Part shown: one piece after another, positions 49,238-63,100 of the stretch
How the letters are laid out: each line of letters begins with the position of its first letter
How positions within the stretch are numbered: the first letter of the stretch is position 1
Source: Raillietiella orientalis
Taxonomy: Eukaryota
Length of the DNA: 64,000 nucleotides
Direction of reading: 5' to 3'
Assembly (NCBI GenBank): GCA_036172245.1
Contig: JAYWIR010000044.1
Coordinates: 1-64,000 of the forward strand
Notes under the pieces: model-generated
Told to the model about the DNA's origin: nothing
The model's database searches: none
Seen by the model: the letters and a program-made list of their open reading frames with translations, nothing else
Translations under genes and position numbers: made by a program

Positions 49238-50390
49238 TATATATATATCACCCGAATTGCCCAGCGTATTTATTATTAAAATTTTTATTCAATGTAAATT
49301 TCATAATAAATCCTTTAACTGAGTGTAGGCAGAACACGTGCTTCTGGCTATCTTGACGCATTTGCCGCTGCCAGTTTGCAGGCCGCAGAGATCCTGCCCG
49401 GATGCGATGGGGAAGGGAAAACTACAAACAAAAACAGAAAATTAAATTAAAACCAAGGGAAGGGAAATGTTTTTTGGGGAGGGGAGGGCTGGGATGAAAT
49501 CACTGGTCTCTCCGAGAGGTTCTCTGCATCCTGCTCAGGATGCGGATAAGTGCCGGACGTAATGATCTCAGCCGGGACCATCGGGAAGCTTTCTCAATCT
49601 TGAGGACCGCCCATTGGATGGCGTTCCGTCTGTTATTTTCTCTGTTGGACGCAGTCCATTTGCCAGGATCCCGCGTATGCAGCAGAGAACTGCCACACAC
49701 GCGGCTCCTGGCAGGGAGTCCTGCATGAAGAGGCGATGGAAAATGTCCTTCGGATCGTCCCCGGGAATGTTCAAGATCCCTGACAGTCGATCCCACATGG
49801 ATCGAAGGGCGATACACTCGATGATGAGGTGCGGGAAGGTCTCTTGTTCCCCGCACCCTGAACAATTGGCATCCACTGTCCCTGAAGTCCAATGGAAGAG
49901 GCATGCTTTACAAAGGAGTCCCCAATGGAACAGTAGCAGTGCCGTCTCCTGCCATTCCAGGGACAGGTTGCGACAATCCCAGCACACTGGGAGCCATTTC
50001 ACCTCCTCTGGAGGTATGCCGACCAGCTCGCCCTAGCGCACAATTCCTTCACACGAAACGCTCGGGTTCGCAGCGTCCGCTAACCCCCGAATCGTCCACG
50101 CCTTCAATGGTTTTCTCCTGACTCGGATGAGGCAGGACACTTCCCACAATGTTCGTTCGTTGCTGTTCCTGATGTTCCTGAGGGAGGACAGCACGAGGGC
50201 ATGGGGGGTCAAGGAAGCCCACAGAAACTTCCACGGGCTGTTGATGATCTCCTGCAGGGGCTGTCGAGCGTTGGGTCCTCGACGGAGACAGTTGTCCTCC
50301 TCCTCGCTCGTGCCATTGCCAATCCGAAAGATGCCGCAGCGTCCGAGCCGCTTCTGCTCTTCGCTTTCCCCGGCAATGGGGGCGCTCCCT
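49238..50390 (-). mobile_element. 5'-truncated LINE ending in hairpin + (TA)n
   Basis: WQETALLLFHWG..CSGCGEQETFPHLIIEC; AATAAA-hairpin at 49247-49274. Confidence 0.88.
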
Positions 50391-51632
50391 GCCTACCGGA
50401 AGGAGAATTTTCCTTTCCGCGATCCCAGAGGTCGCAGAAGCGATCACTTCGGTCGGCGATCCGACGATCTCGGCCCGGATGCGCGTCGCCCGCGGGAAAG
50501 TCAAGCAGGTCTCGCGAGCGGGCGCAACGGAAAGGTCAAAGCACGTTGCTTGATATCCTGCTGCGCCTTCATGTGATCCGTGAGAAACCTGGATGCTGCA
50601 GAAGCTGCAAGATTTCCAATTCGCAAACAAATGGTCGATTGCGCTCATTTTTGTTGTTGCTGTTGTTCTTCCAAAGTGAAGGAAATTCTTTTTTTTCTAC
50701 TCGGTGCCAAAGGCCGTCTCTAAATGAATTATTCAGACAAAAGACGTTAAAGGAGGGCTTTGTCGAGGAAGCCGTCATTTAAATGACCTTCTCTTCTGTA
50801 GCCTTTCGAAAGATGCCAAAGTATAATGCGAGCGTCCGAGATTCTACAGTGGTGGCTACTTTTTTCTGGGTCTTCCTCCGCTTTCTCCTTCGATTTTTGT
50901 TTCCCAAGATGATATTTGGGTTTCTTCTTACGCTTTCGCGAGTGTAACTTTGTTCAGCAACCTGCCTGAGCGCTCCGGGAATGGAGGCTTCCTCATTTGA
51001 GGCGAATAAGGAGCCTGAAGAGCACTGTAAGTTTCCTTTTACCGTCCATAGCAAAGTAGAGAGCGTTCTTAACTTGCGCATAGAAGAGCAAGCACAACAA
51101 AACAAAGAGGTGCAAGACGCAAAAGCAGGTGTGTTGAGATCTTCCTGGTTTTTTCGGAAGAACGCGCTCTGTGGATCGCAGTGTGAATCACTCTTTGTGG
51201 CCTTTGCCCACCGTGATTAGGCCTGCTTCCAAAATGAACCAGCAGATTGGTAGGTCGTGCCGACTCGTTGGAAGTTTTGCTCGGTGCATCAACGGAAGGC
51301 ACTGGAATTTTCCAACCATTCGAGTTGCCCTCTGGGGAGTTATGCTGAAACATTTCTGCAGGATGTGACTCTTCTGGCTATCAGAAAAGATCCTTTCCGA
51401 GGTGTTGCGTAAATCGATTCGAGGTTCTGCACATTGCCCGTGGGTGTTTGCACCTTGGAAATGCTCTGCTTGCATTCAGATTGCTTGCATTATTCCCTGC
51501 ATTTCAGTTGGCTTCAGAAAGGACCTTTTCTGGGAACCCTCAATGCAGGTACATTGACCCGTACCGGACTGCTTCTGCGTCGCAGAAGCTCTGTGCCTTC
51601 AGAATGCTGAGATATCTCCCGGCACGTTTTTT

Positions 51633-54124
51633 GATTCTCACCCGGGTGCGCCTAATGCTTATTCTAATGAAAAATAAACATTTTATTAGAATTGTGGCTG
51701 GACCGGCAGTTCAACCACGTGCTTTTTGTGAGCGCCTGCCGGCTCACCAGTTCACAGACCGGCGGGGTCCACCATGGCAGCAGTGAGGATGAGGGCAAGC
51801 AAAAATAAGAATAAATACACTTTGGGCCTGTGTGGGAAAAGATCGCTGTCTGCTGGTGGCGACTCTGTGCATCCTTCGTAAGATGTCGGCAAGGTCGTGC
51901 TGCATAGTCCTGTACATGTGGGGCCATCGCGTTGCCATCCTCATGAAGCGGACGACAACGTGGATGTGGCGTCCCTGTCGCCGTGTTCTCTGGCGCCACT
52001 CCAGGCAGAGACGATCCCGCGTAGGCAGCAGAGGGCTTCTAGAGAGACTGCAGCCGAAGGGCGTCGCGTAGGAAGGGGTGCTGTAAAGCGTCCTTTTAGT
52101 TGCCAGCTGGGGTTCCCAGCATCACGGCAAACTGTCCCGAAACGGCCCAGAGGGCAACACAGTCCACAAGCAGGTGCAGGAGGGATTCGCACTCCCCACA
52201 GGTGGCACAGTTTGGGTCCACACATACTCGCGTCCAGTGATAACGGCGGGCGTTGCAAGGGAGACCCCAATGCAACACCAGCAGTGCCGACTTTCGGACG
52301 TGTTTTTTGTGCTCTCCTGACTCGCTCGTTTTCAGTGGCGTAGTTAGGTGATTCAGTGATTGGAGGATGGCAGAAATACCTCAATCCGCTACTAGAGAAT
52401 GTGGGGGAGGCGACTGTCTAAGTCTCCTGTCCCCATGGAGGTAGGGGCATCAGCCCCCGAATCATCGTCCCCCGCGCCAGCGAGGGACTACAGCGCCGTG
52501 GTCGCCGTGCCATCTGCAGCGGCCATAGCCGAGGCCCAGGCCTACAAGGCCTCTAATTACAACCCCAGCCTGCTGTACAGGACAGGCAGGGTGTTTGACG
52601 ATTGTGTGGCGCGCTCTTCGAGCAGAAGCTCCACCAATTGAATGTATCCAGGGAAGAGCTGTTGGGGCTCTCTATCAGAAGCGGGGGCAGCCCGTCGAGC
52701 TGACCTGCAAAGAGGCAGATTTGGCTCAAAGACTGATGTGGACCCCGTGAGGATCGAGGGCCGCCAGCTCTTCCCCATTCCGGTGGACAACTCGATAGTT
52801 GTCCACCTTAGAGGAATCACCCTGTGAATGCTTTCGAGCGCCGTCAGGGCTGAACTTAGCGAATTCGGCACCGTGCACTCACTGTGGGCCAAGTTCAACA
52901 GATTCCGTACGTACGACGGACTTCTGAGCGGACTCGCCGCGGCACGTTGACGGTCGCCAAGGATATTGGGCTTCCTCACAAACTAGTAGTCTACGGAATC
53001 TCCGCCGACTACCTCCACTGGTGGACAGAACGATGGGGACGCCATCTGCTCCTCCCTGTGCTTCCTGAGGACGGCAGCCGGATGGTCTGATCTGGAACGT
53101 ATGCGGACTGAACTTGCCGGCATCCTGAAACGGATGTAGAGGACGACCCCAGCGGAACGTGATCCCTTCCCCGACCCCACCTGATTTTGTAAATAGTATT
53201 TTCTTTTTTTGTTGTTTTTATTTGTCCCTTCCCCCTCCGCTGCCGAATCGAACTTGCCGGCATGCGCTCTGGCTACTCGGTTAAGTTCAGAGTTTTTGTC
53301 GGACGTTGTAGGGGCACCGGCCCTACACATGCTGGTTTATTTTTTTGACGAAAATAATCGCCCCGGCGCACCCGGATGTGATGACAGCGCCGCTTCAAAG
53401 GGATAATGCGGGTTTCTATGAGCACCGGGGGTCATGTCAGGTGCTCCAGTAGCTCGCCCCAGAGCAAGAGTCCATGGGGTGGTGTACTCGGGTCACAGCG
53501 TCTGTGAGCTGGACCGTTTTCCACTGCTCCAATCCTTTCTCCTTTCCAGAGATGCTCACTGTAGTCTCCCATTTCGCCGCGACGCTGCTGCTCAGGTGTT
53601 CCCTGAGGGAGGACAGAGCTGCGAAGAAAAAGGTTCTTCCTGCCCATGAGCTTTTTCCAGTATCCTCCTGGATCTCTCGGAGCGTGCAGCTGTTGTTGCG
53701 CACGAAGAGGTGACAGCGCACCTGTTCCGTGCGTTGCTCCTGGCTCATCGTCCACGTGAGAACGGTTTCCTGTGGCTAGGCACTACTATCCGCAAGGTAG
53801 CAGAAGATCCATGCCGTGTTCTTCCTCGTCTGCGTGGCCACCCGTCGAAGCTGCATTCAAGTGGCAGATGTTGCGGCAACAAAGTTCAAGGTAGGCTGCG
53901 TTGGAAGTGATCTGCTCGACGAGGAGGTGTGCAGGGTCGCACCTGGCGGTGCTTCACAATTTCGCCACGTGAACAAGTATTTTCCATCGGAGCTGAAGCT
54001 CTAGCCGCTTCAGCGTTAGTAAGCCAAGACGTCCGTTTCGACGCGGAACGCACAAGTCCTTCAGGCAGACTCAAAGCCTCCCTTCGTCCCAAAGGGCGAT
54101 TATTAGAAGGTCCATTCATCCACA
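51633..54124 (-). mobile_element. 5'-truncated LINE with a 12-bp TSD, interrupted by a nested element
   Basis: GGCACGTTTTTT at 51621-51632 and 54125-54136. LHWGLPCNARRYHW..CATCGECESLLHLLVDC; coding sequence resumes across 52285/53390. Confidence 0.85.
52295..53384 (+). mobile_element. Nested ~1.1-kb internally deleted LINE (5' UTR + partial ORF1 + last ORF2 codons + 3' UTR)
   Basis: Starts CGGACGTGTTTTTT; YNPSLLYR and VVHLRGIT match ORF1; ends hairpin-GTGATGA. Flanked by CAGTGCCG / CAGCGCCG. Confidence 0.82.
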
Positions 54125-56369
54125 GGCACGTTTTTTCTCGATGGCAAGTGCATCTTGCCGGGGTTGACCACTATGTGGAACTCCTTTACTGGGGTCTTCC
54201 CCTTTTCTGTGTTTTTTGCTTGATCACCTCCCTATTCGGCGAATACCCGCTGCAGCGACTACTTAAAACAACCTCGTGAGGAACTTCAAGTTTCCAGATT
54301 GCCTGAAAGTCTTGGTGGTGCCGCGCCAGGATGCTGGGCCTGGGTGCACTGACAGCACAGATCAAACTGCAAGTTCGACTCCAACGCGTCGCTCGCTGTG
54401 CCATCGTGTGGACTTTTTGTCTGGTGTGAGCCTTGTTCTTCCTCGGAGTGCCATCAACGAAGGGCATCTGTCATATGCAAAACCGATTCTCTTCGTTTGT
54501 TCTCAAGATTGAACGCTCCAGAGTGACTGGATGGGAAACTTTTACTATTTGATGTTGCGCATACGCGACCAGCAAAGTAATCGTTTCCCTATCCCCGCGC
54601 ATCCGAAGAATGGCGTAGCAGTGTATGTTTATCAGAGTAGAAGATGGTCATGGTCCACGTGTATGGAATGATGGCAGGATGCTTACTGTTATAACTACAG
54701 TCTCGAATGAGAATCGTATGAAAGAACAATACAGTCTCCATAAAAGTGCTGGGTGGACCGACCATTTCGAAAGGCAGTTGTGGATCCGAAATGCAGCTTG
54801 CGTAGCAGAATTTTGTCGAGTCAGTCGAGAAGCATCTCGAAAGACCGCCTTAATTTTTCGTGCATGAATTCTATGCACTGTGTGAAGAGAATAGGGAGCA
54901 GGAATACAGTTAGGGAGGAGAATAAAGCTGGAACTCAGAATGCGCCATGAAGTCGTGCAAGATGCTTGTAAAAGACACGAGTGAAATCTTCGAAACCAAT
55001 ATAAAATGTGCTGTCAGGTCGCAAAATTTTCAGTTGAGGAAGCGGACTGACATGCTGCTCACAACAGGAAGCCACACCAAACTCGTAAATGAGCGATCCG
55101 GTTGTATACTTCAGCCCTCTCCACCGGATATTCAGAACTAGGAGCAAAGGCTGAATCGGAAATGACGTGCCGCAAAAGACCTGAAAGAAATGCGCACCCG
55201 ATGGCAGAGAAAACCCACAGAGGCCGACTGTAGATCAGTGGATGAACCCCAAAATCTCGGAAATCAGACACAACGGACATGTGCTCCGCATGTCGAAACG
55301 AGTCGAAATGCCTTCACCATGCAAAATCTTTCTACGCGAGACGAACCAGATCGGCTGCAGCGATAGCTGCAGCCAACACTCAAGGTCTCGCGTAGAGGCT
55401 GCATCTCCCATCAGCTGCAAAAGCTGAAATTCCAGACTCATTCCTTGCAAAGCCATATTTTCGCGCACAGTGAGTTTTCCAGCATCAGTAGCTTGCAAAG
55501 CCGAAGATGGAGCAGCTGCACTGACACATGCTTTGGACTCACTCTTCTTCAGCATGTGTAAGGAGATCTCCTGAGGTTGATAGATTCTCCCTTTTTATCT
55601 GGAGTTTGCTCTCCTGTCGTGTTTGACCTGGAACCAAGTGCATTTGTTGCCGATGCACTCTGAAATCAGACAAGACATCATTTCTTAGTTAAGGGTGCAG
55701 TCTTCGAAATCTCATTCAAGAACGGCTTCTATCAGCGTGCAAGAACAGTTTAAGTCATCCGTGAAAAAGGAAACGACCCAGTTTTTGGAATTCTTCATAC
55801 GGCTATTCTTCATATGCCATGCAAAATCACTTCGATGACCTCATGCGCAATTGCCATCACCCATTCACCATCAACTAAGAAACCGTTTTTTGAAAGAGGA
55901 AAACTCGAACGCACTGCACTGACGGATTCCTACCACGCACTGCACAAGGGCATGGTAGAAACCCATCAGGTTTGTACACCCCTCGAGGCAAGGCGGAAAG
56001 CCTTGCGGCAAGGGGCTGCCAGCTGAGTGATTGAATGGTAGCCTGCTCGATCCTGTCTTTTCGAGCTCGGCGTCCGAGCAGAGAGATCCATCTGCGCGCG
56101 TAGTGGCTTTTCAGACGGTTTTCCTTTCCACCGCGGCATTCGCTCATCTAGTGGATTCTGGGAGGAAAGGAAGCCATCGAAAGAATTTCGCAGACCATCA
56201 GGTCGATGAGCTGCAGTCGTTGCTTGAGCGGGGAGCAGCCGACCGCGCACCCTATTCAGCATGCGCCTGCTGAAAGAGCTACCCGAGGTGATTTGCAGCG
56301 AAGGGAGACAACCAGCACTGGATTTGCTGTTAAAGCGTTCAGACATAATCCGGCGCACGGTAGCTATGC

Positions 56370-58740
56370 CCTTGGGAGAACTAGGCCAGCAATTCACTCA
56401 GAGGTCTCGGAACTTTTGGTTCCCGCCGCACACCGCAGGATTTGTTTCGCGTCGACCACTCTCACACTTCCCAGACACCCCCAAGAAACTCAAAAGCTAC
56501 TACCTCATCAAAAACGTGCTGATGAACTGAGAAACATCGCAAAAATTGACGCCGATCTTTACTTTGCAACTCCTGGAATATCTGACAGTAGCAGCCCCAA
56601 GAGGTTGAGGGCTTCTTACGTGAGACCCAAGCTAATCTCCCTCAAGCCTGTCGCATTCTTGTATCCTCCCGTTTGCACTGTCTCTTGGCAGCCAGCCTTC
56701 TCCGCAACCATTACTGAAAGTTGGACAGCGAACAGTTTAGTCGGGATCAGTCGCACAGGAGCATTTTCGAAAACTGAATCGCAACCGATCGCAAAAGCAC
56801 CACCGAGAGGCATCAGGCGTCGTTGAAAGAAGAAGAGCATTTTCGCCTCGCCCTTTGCAAAATGCGTCGACTGTTTCGAGGTGCGTGGCCCGATGTGAGC
56901 AAAGCAAACGGCCAGGGATCGGTCTGGATGACCTCCGGAACTTCCGGTGTCGGACGGAATTCCCTGCTTCTCTCGAAAGAACAGGTGGATCCAACCGGAC
57001 TGGCGCTCGAGCCTGCATCCCGCACCGGCTTCTTGTCAATACTTACAGAATTCGAGGAGACTGAGCTCGAGCAACAGCGAAAGCACCATTATTCTGAGCA
57101 TTTCGGTCCAGTGGTCTCTTAAGAAATCGAGGAAGGCAAGAGCTGGTAACGGGAAATTCCTTCCGGGATTGCGAATGCGAAAGCCAAAGTACTTACGGCG
57201 TCGCGGGGCGGCTTCCTCGGACAGCGACGCAAACTTCGATCGGATGATCTCGCACCTTTCTGCGGTGAGTTCTCCCTTCCGAATGGCTGCGGTCCTGCTG
57301 GTGGGTGTACCCACGGTGCCGCATTCCTATGACCTTCCTTTGCGTGTCGCTTATGCTGCAAATTTCACGCATCATGATACCGACATTCCCATGGACCTCT
57401 CGTGTTTCCTTCGGATATGACCGGTTACACGCTCAGACGAGCATCCCCTACTGGTGCGCCATGCTTGCGGGTTGACTCTCGATAAGTGTTCCTGACTTCA
57501 ATGGGGTGTCGATCTCTGTAACCACCAGTCGTTTTGATATTCTTGGAAGACAAGGTCAACTTCCTGAGCAACTGCAGCTCTTCTTTAGACGTATCCTATT
57601 CCGTTCCTTCACACGGATTTGTAATCTGTTGTTACGAATAATAGGAATCAAGTTTCTTCAAAGGTGGACGCTATGCATGTTGGTAAAATGATACTCATGT
57701 GCTCTTAGGGAATGCACACGATCTGCTGCCGTCCGTGAACTCTGTGGCAACACTGCGCATGTTACTATCTTTTTTGTTGCTGTTGCTGTTGTTGTTTTCG
57801 GATTTTCATCGGAAAATCCTTCGTTTATTTGCGTTCAGTGTACAGCGTGATTTAATATACAGAATCGTCTTGGAAGTTGCACTCTAAGAACCATGGTGCT
57901 TGTTGCTGTATCAGACTCCATTAGCAGAGTATTCCGCAGCTAATTGCATGTGATGGAACAGACATAACAGGGTGAGTCCATTTGTGGATGCTTTTGCAAG
58001 GGACGCAAAGGAATGAGATGGAGATTCCCCTTGCACATATTTTGGTTTTCTTACTGTTTATAGGGTCCGAAACATTCCTTCATCCTCGGGCAAAGAGTGA
58101 ACGGTTCCCCTTCGAAGACAACCAGGGTGGAAGTGATCCCCATTTCCGGGGATCGCTCCTCAAGCGTGCGAGGAACGGAAGGGTCCTTCCTCGATTCATA
58201 GGGTGGTCACCTCCCGAAGTGGCCCCCTATCTTGAAGGATTATACGCATCCCCTGCTGGCATGAAACAGTGTTAAAGAGCTGCGAAGACAGAAAAGACGA
58301 GGGAGGCATGCATTCCTGTGGTATTCCAACCCGAAGCTCGTAAGGAGTCCCACATTATGAAAGAGTAAGAAAGTGCTGATGGCCAACATTATTAGCAAGA
58401 CGTGGTCCACGAGTGTATAAACGCTGATTTCTACTTTTGCCACTTGTTCCTGTATCGTGCGCGCAGAGACTCGCGCGCTTCTGTGCACTGGGAGACGTGC
58501 AATCGAATGGCATGCCTCAACGAGATGCTGTTGGCTCGTGGAGAAATTCGTGATGGAAGATCTGCGGGGCAGATAGCCGATGCCGGTCTTCATCCTTTTC
58601 TCATGCAGCCGAACTGCACTCATGTGTCAGAGTACAAGGAAATTGAAGATTGTGAGTGCGATGCCCTGTTGTTGAATAAAGGAATCCTAGCAACCTTTCT
58701 CAGCAGATACAATTGATTGCACATGCTCACTGTCCAGCAA
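56370..58740 (+). pseudogene. Decayed Argonaute/PIWI-family gene (N-L1-PAZ-MID-PIWI)
   Basis: Ordered remnants: LGELGQQFTQRSRNF (N), PTGLALE (L1), DLPL..DIPMDL (PAZ), ICVQC then IVLE..SKNHG (MID), GTDIT, RNGRVLPRF-x6-EV (~RDGVSEGQF-x6-E), QKR, DVVHE..DFYFCH..SR..H, NCTHVS, AHAH. Span is about Argonaute length. Confidence 0.6.
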
Positions 58741-60120
58741 CAGGTGATGTCTTCAGATTGGGAGAAACCATCCCTAAGGTCTCTAGTGAAAACGATCTTA
58801 GGTGCTGGAATAGGAAGCCAGAATTCCAAACTCACCACAAAATTTCGGATGCAAGAAGCACTTTGAAACAGGAAGGCTCAAATATCGGAGGCATGTCGGC
58901 AACTTTCCACGGATTCTGCCCGTTTCCCAAGCGCAGTCAGTTCTGCATAAGGTCTCATTTGTTTGGTTGAACAAGTCCAAGGAAGTTGTCCTTTGGAGCT
59001 GAGAGTTCACGGTGCTGACTGGCGCGCGATCTTTTGGAATTCGAAAGCCAATTTTGGAATCTGATTTGTTGCTTTGCTCGACAAAAGGCACTCCAATCTC
59101 GGAAGGAAAGTCTCACTCCCCGCTACAAGTGCAAGTAGTAAATACGATGCGGTTCCGTTCGCAAGGGATTTTCAGACGGCGACAGCATGCGGTCTACCTC
59201 CAGACTCGAAGTTTCCGGAGACCGGCATCTGGTGATCGCGGTTCATGGCGGAGAGGAAACGCAACACCTCTGTCAAAACGGCAGCAGGAACAGAAGCGTG
59301 TCGTTGCCTTGACGTCAGTCCAAATCATGTTTGCCTCCCTACGGTGGATGTTGAAAAACTGCGTCCACATCGTCATGCGGCTGAAAGATCGAGAGAGCCA
59401 GTGGAAAAGGCCTTGTCGTGCTTTCCTCGCGTAGAGAAGCAGAGATGAACTTTGGATGTCCAGCGTAACAGAAGCACTTTACCATTTCTCTCGCTCTTGA
59501 GCAGAGAGAACTGCCAAGCGAACCAATCCGCAAGCTCTAAAGATCTCCTGCTGAAGAGATGATTTCACAAAAGGAAATCAGGTCATTTGATGCGAAAGGT
59601 GACTCGCGACGCCAACCAAATCCGCTGTCCATGCCCAAATCCCTTGAGATTATGCTCTCCCTTCGGAGAGTGCATTCCTATCTCATCCACCCGGCGTCCG
59701 TGACAGTCCAGATCAACTGTGAGCAACTTTTCTCCCTCAGCGGTCCGCAGAACAGTATCGGACTTTTCTCGGTCACGCCATCTTCATTAAGCAATAATAC
59801 TGCAAATTTTCAAATTCACTTCGTGATGAATAGTTGGAAAGCGTCTCTTCTACGAGGTTATCCACAATGATCGCCAACTCATTTCCTACTCTAACAGTTT
59901 CTTTTGCAGATTTTAAAAGTTCTACCAGACATAATTTCAAATTTCAAGGCGTCATTGGAATCGTATCGTCCATATTGGAATTTTTCCAAGCACTTCGAAG
60001 ATGTGTACCACTGCCAGTCTCTTTTCGGGAAAACCTCGTAAAAGAGAAGAATGGCCAACGTCAACATAAATGTAATTGCTTAGAAATGCATCTACATCTG
60101 TATTTTTTTCCTGTACTAAA

Positions 60121-63100
60121 GTGCGAGCCTTCCACAGACAGAAGACTTCGCAGCTTGATTCCAGTTCACGAGTTGATCTATGCTTTTCCTGCAGACTTGC
60201 AACCATGATTGCATGGCACATAAATGCCAACGTAAACTCTCAACAGCTCCACAGCACGGTTACACTGCTGTTTATGCACCTTCATTCTGCATCGTCCTGC
60301 CTCCTTTCCGTCCAAACACAAACTCCATGCAAGTGTTCTCTCGTAATGCACTGAAGCATGAGGACCAACCAAATGCTGAGACTTCCAGAGAACAAGAGGA
60401 TCCAAGAAAACCCTGATGCCACCACGCTGCTCATCGCATTTGTTGGCATTTTTCAAAGTGCAACAAAAAGAAAACCAGCTCACATGGATGACAGCTTCCT
60501 CGATCAGTTCATCCTGAAATGCCCTTTGTTGACGAGATTCACCTTGAAATATGCACTAGACACCAACATCCCCAAAAACGAACTCTTATTCAACTTGGGA
60601 AAAAACAAAGAAAACCTACACACATGGTTACAAATTTAAAATCTTCACAGTTTAGACAGTTAAATTAGATTTTCATATTTATCACATTCTGCAATGAATG
60701 CAGAACAGAATGGGAAATGGCCAAACAACCGCTAGCAAACTATGTTTACTCATCTACGAAATTATCTTGTTTCATTCTCAGCAATCCCAACAGGATGATA
60801 CGGAACTCAGTTGCAATTAAATGTCTCATCATTTAAAGTTCCCAATATTTGGCACTTTGATTACATGACATTTAATGATGCTTGGGCTCAGTTTTGAACT
60901 GGGATTTCACAGCTACAGTCAAAACAAATGCCAGAACTCCCCACTTCCATCCCACTGTGGACACTTGTAGTAAAGAAGACCAGAAACCACGATTACTCCA
61001 AACTGTTTTGTCGTACCTCCAAACTTCATTTCTAAAATACAGGAAAGAATCATCACTGCTCTGGAAAACGCATTACTAGAATATACAATATACTTACAAA
61101 GCTCTCTAGCATGACATTCTACACATTACACACCACATAAATGCACACCAAGTAAAGACACAATGTGAATCACTTTAAATGATTTCCGGAACAAACCTGA
61201 GCGGAAAAATCATCCATGACACCAACGCAATAAACACAGAAAATGGTTTTGCAAATACAAAATAGCCTATCAACAATACACGAATTTTCCATTGTAATTC
61301 TACAGATGAGGAAGTTTTTTGTAAACTCATCTCATAAGCTGAGTGAATTCTTCACAAAGTTAAGCAGAGGTTGTTGATTCCAGAGACAGAACGGATTTTG
61401 GTCCATGTTCCCGAGGTAAGAGTTGCATGGACGATAACACTTTAACAGTTAGCATACATTGAAAAACTGACACCACTTAAAAGTTTGATTGCTCGAAATT
61501 TGCTGTTATTGAAAAAAGGAAGTCAAATACAATGATGGTTTGTGGAGCACTAGATAACTTCGACTTAAATACCATAAGATTCATATCAAGGCAATCATAC
61601 GCTATCCCTGATGCATACTCTTGCATCGTGATGCTCAGGCGTCTTTACGGTCACCTGAATCGATGTGTTTTTTTAATTTACATACACTCCGTAATGAGAG
61701 GAAAAGCAAATGAAAGCATCTTGCTGCTGGGATCCAGTAGATGTGCAACAGGACGCTTGGTATCCATGAGCGTCGTCTTCAGCTCAGTTTCTTCGCCCAG
61801 CCTTCGAAGAGGAGTTTCGTTTACAGGGCTGTTCCTTTGCCCAAAAGCCAGCGTGATGAGCTGCATCGCTGCCGTATTTTGAGGTGGTTGCTGCAGTCAG
61901 GTTAGATATGCCGTAGTTTATTGTTTTCCGACAGTTTTCTCAGAAAGTAATTGTGCCACATATACCAGTTTCAGTGTCTAACATTGCCAAAGCAATTGTT
62001 CCTTATCTTCAAACAAAACAGTTGGAGCAGTCACTGTGCCCTTTTGTTACCCATGAACAGCCTTTCCTGATGGGCTTTATTCTTCCGTAGGAAGAATTGC
62101 TCGGACGAAATGGGTGGCAGTGTTGCAAACGAAACTCCCAAGGTTCCACACTACTCTGTTTACAAATTAGACAATTGTCCGCAATTGCTAAAATTGCAAG
62201 CCAAATTGGCAAAGGAAGGTCTGAAGGACCCTTGGATTAGGTAAGTTTGTCGCGAACATGATTCGCACCCTTTGAGGATAAGTATGAACAAGTGGTATCA
62301 GTTTTTCAATTTATGCTAATTGTTAAAGTGTTATCGTCCATGCAACTCTTACCTCGGGAACATGGACCAAAATCCGTTCTGTCTCTGGAATCAACAACCT
62401 CTGCTTAACTTTGTGAAGAATTCACTCAGCTTATGAGATGAGTTTACAAAAAACTTCCTCATCTGTAGAATTACAATGGAAAATTCGTGTATTGTTGATA
62501 GGCTATTTTGTATTTGCAAAACCATTTTCTGTGTTTATTGCGTTGGTGTCATGGATGATTTTTCCGCTCAGGTTTGTTCCGGAAATCATTTAAAGTGATT
62601 CACATTGTGTCTTTACTTGGTGTGCATTTATGTGGTGTGTAATGTGTAGAATGTCATGCTAGAGAGCTTTGTAAGTATATTGTATATTCTAGTAATGCGT
62701 TTTCCAGAGCAGTGATGATTCTTTCCTGTATTTTAGAAATGAAGTTTGGAGGTACGACAAAACAGTTTGGGGTAATCGTGGTTTCTGGTCTTCTTTACTA
62801 CAAGTGTCCACAGTGGGATGGAAGTGGGGAGTTCTGGCATTTGTTTTGACTGTAGCTGTGAAATCCCAGTTCAAAACTGAGCCCAAGCATCATTAAATGT
62901 CATGTAATCAAAGTGCCAAATATTGGGAACTTTAAATGATGAGACATTTAATTGCAACTGAGTTCCGTATCATCCTGTTGGGATTGCTGAGAATGAAACA
63001 AGATAATTTCGTAGATGAGTAAACATAGTTTGCTAGCGGTTGTTTGGCCATTTCCCATTCTGTTCTGCATTCATTGCAGAATGTGATAAATATGAAAATC

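Larger units (their letters stand above)
49050..54850 (+). mobile_element. Decayed MULE transposase + SWIM, split by two LINE insertions
   Basis: KMPKYNAS..TVV ~50810; KFCSVHQRKA (CxxH) ~51272-51301; CS-C.AEF...KH SWIM-like ~54792-54836. Homologous to 29980-31050. Confidence 0.45.

Noticed and set aside
50420..50520. SDH / DLW words suggesting an APE endonuclease
   Set aside because: The DNA belongs to the MULE-related repeat. No convincing endonuclease domain was seen in any fragment, which truncation can explain.
2373..53384. Recurrent hairpin as a CRISPR repeat or bacterial terminator
   Set aside because: Copies are dispersed kilobases apart, always at LINE 3' ends, with no regular spacers or cas genes; the context is eukaryotic.
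56920..56975. Walker-A-like WMTSGTSGVGRNSLL
   Set aside because: It lacks the GK[ST] lysine and falls in the L1 region of the inferred Argonaute relic.
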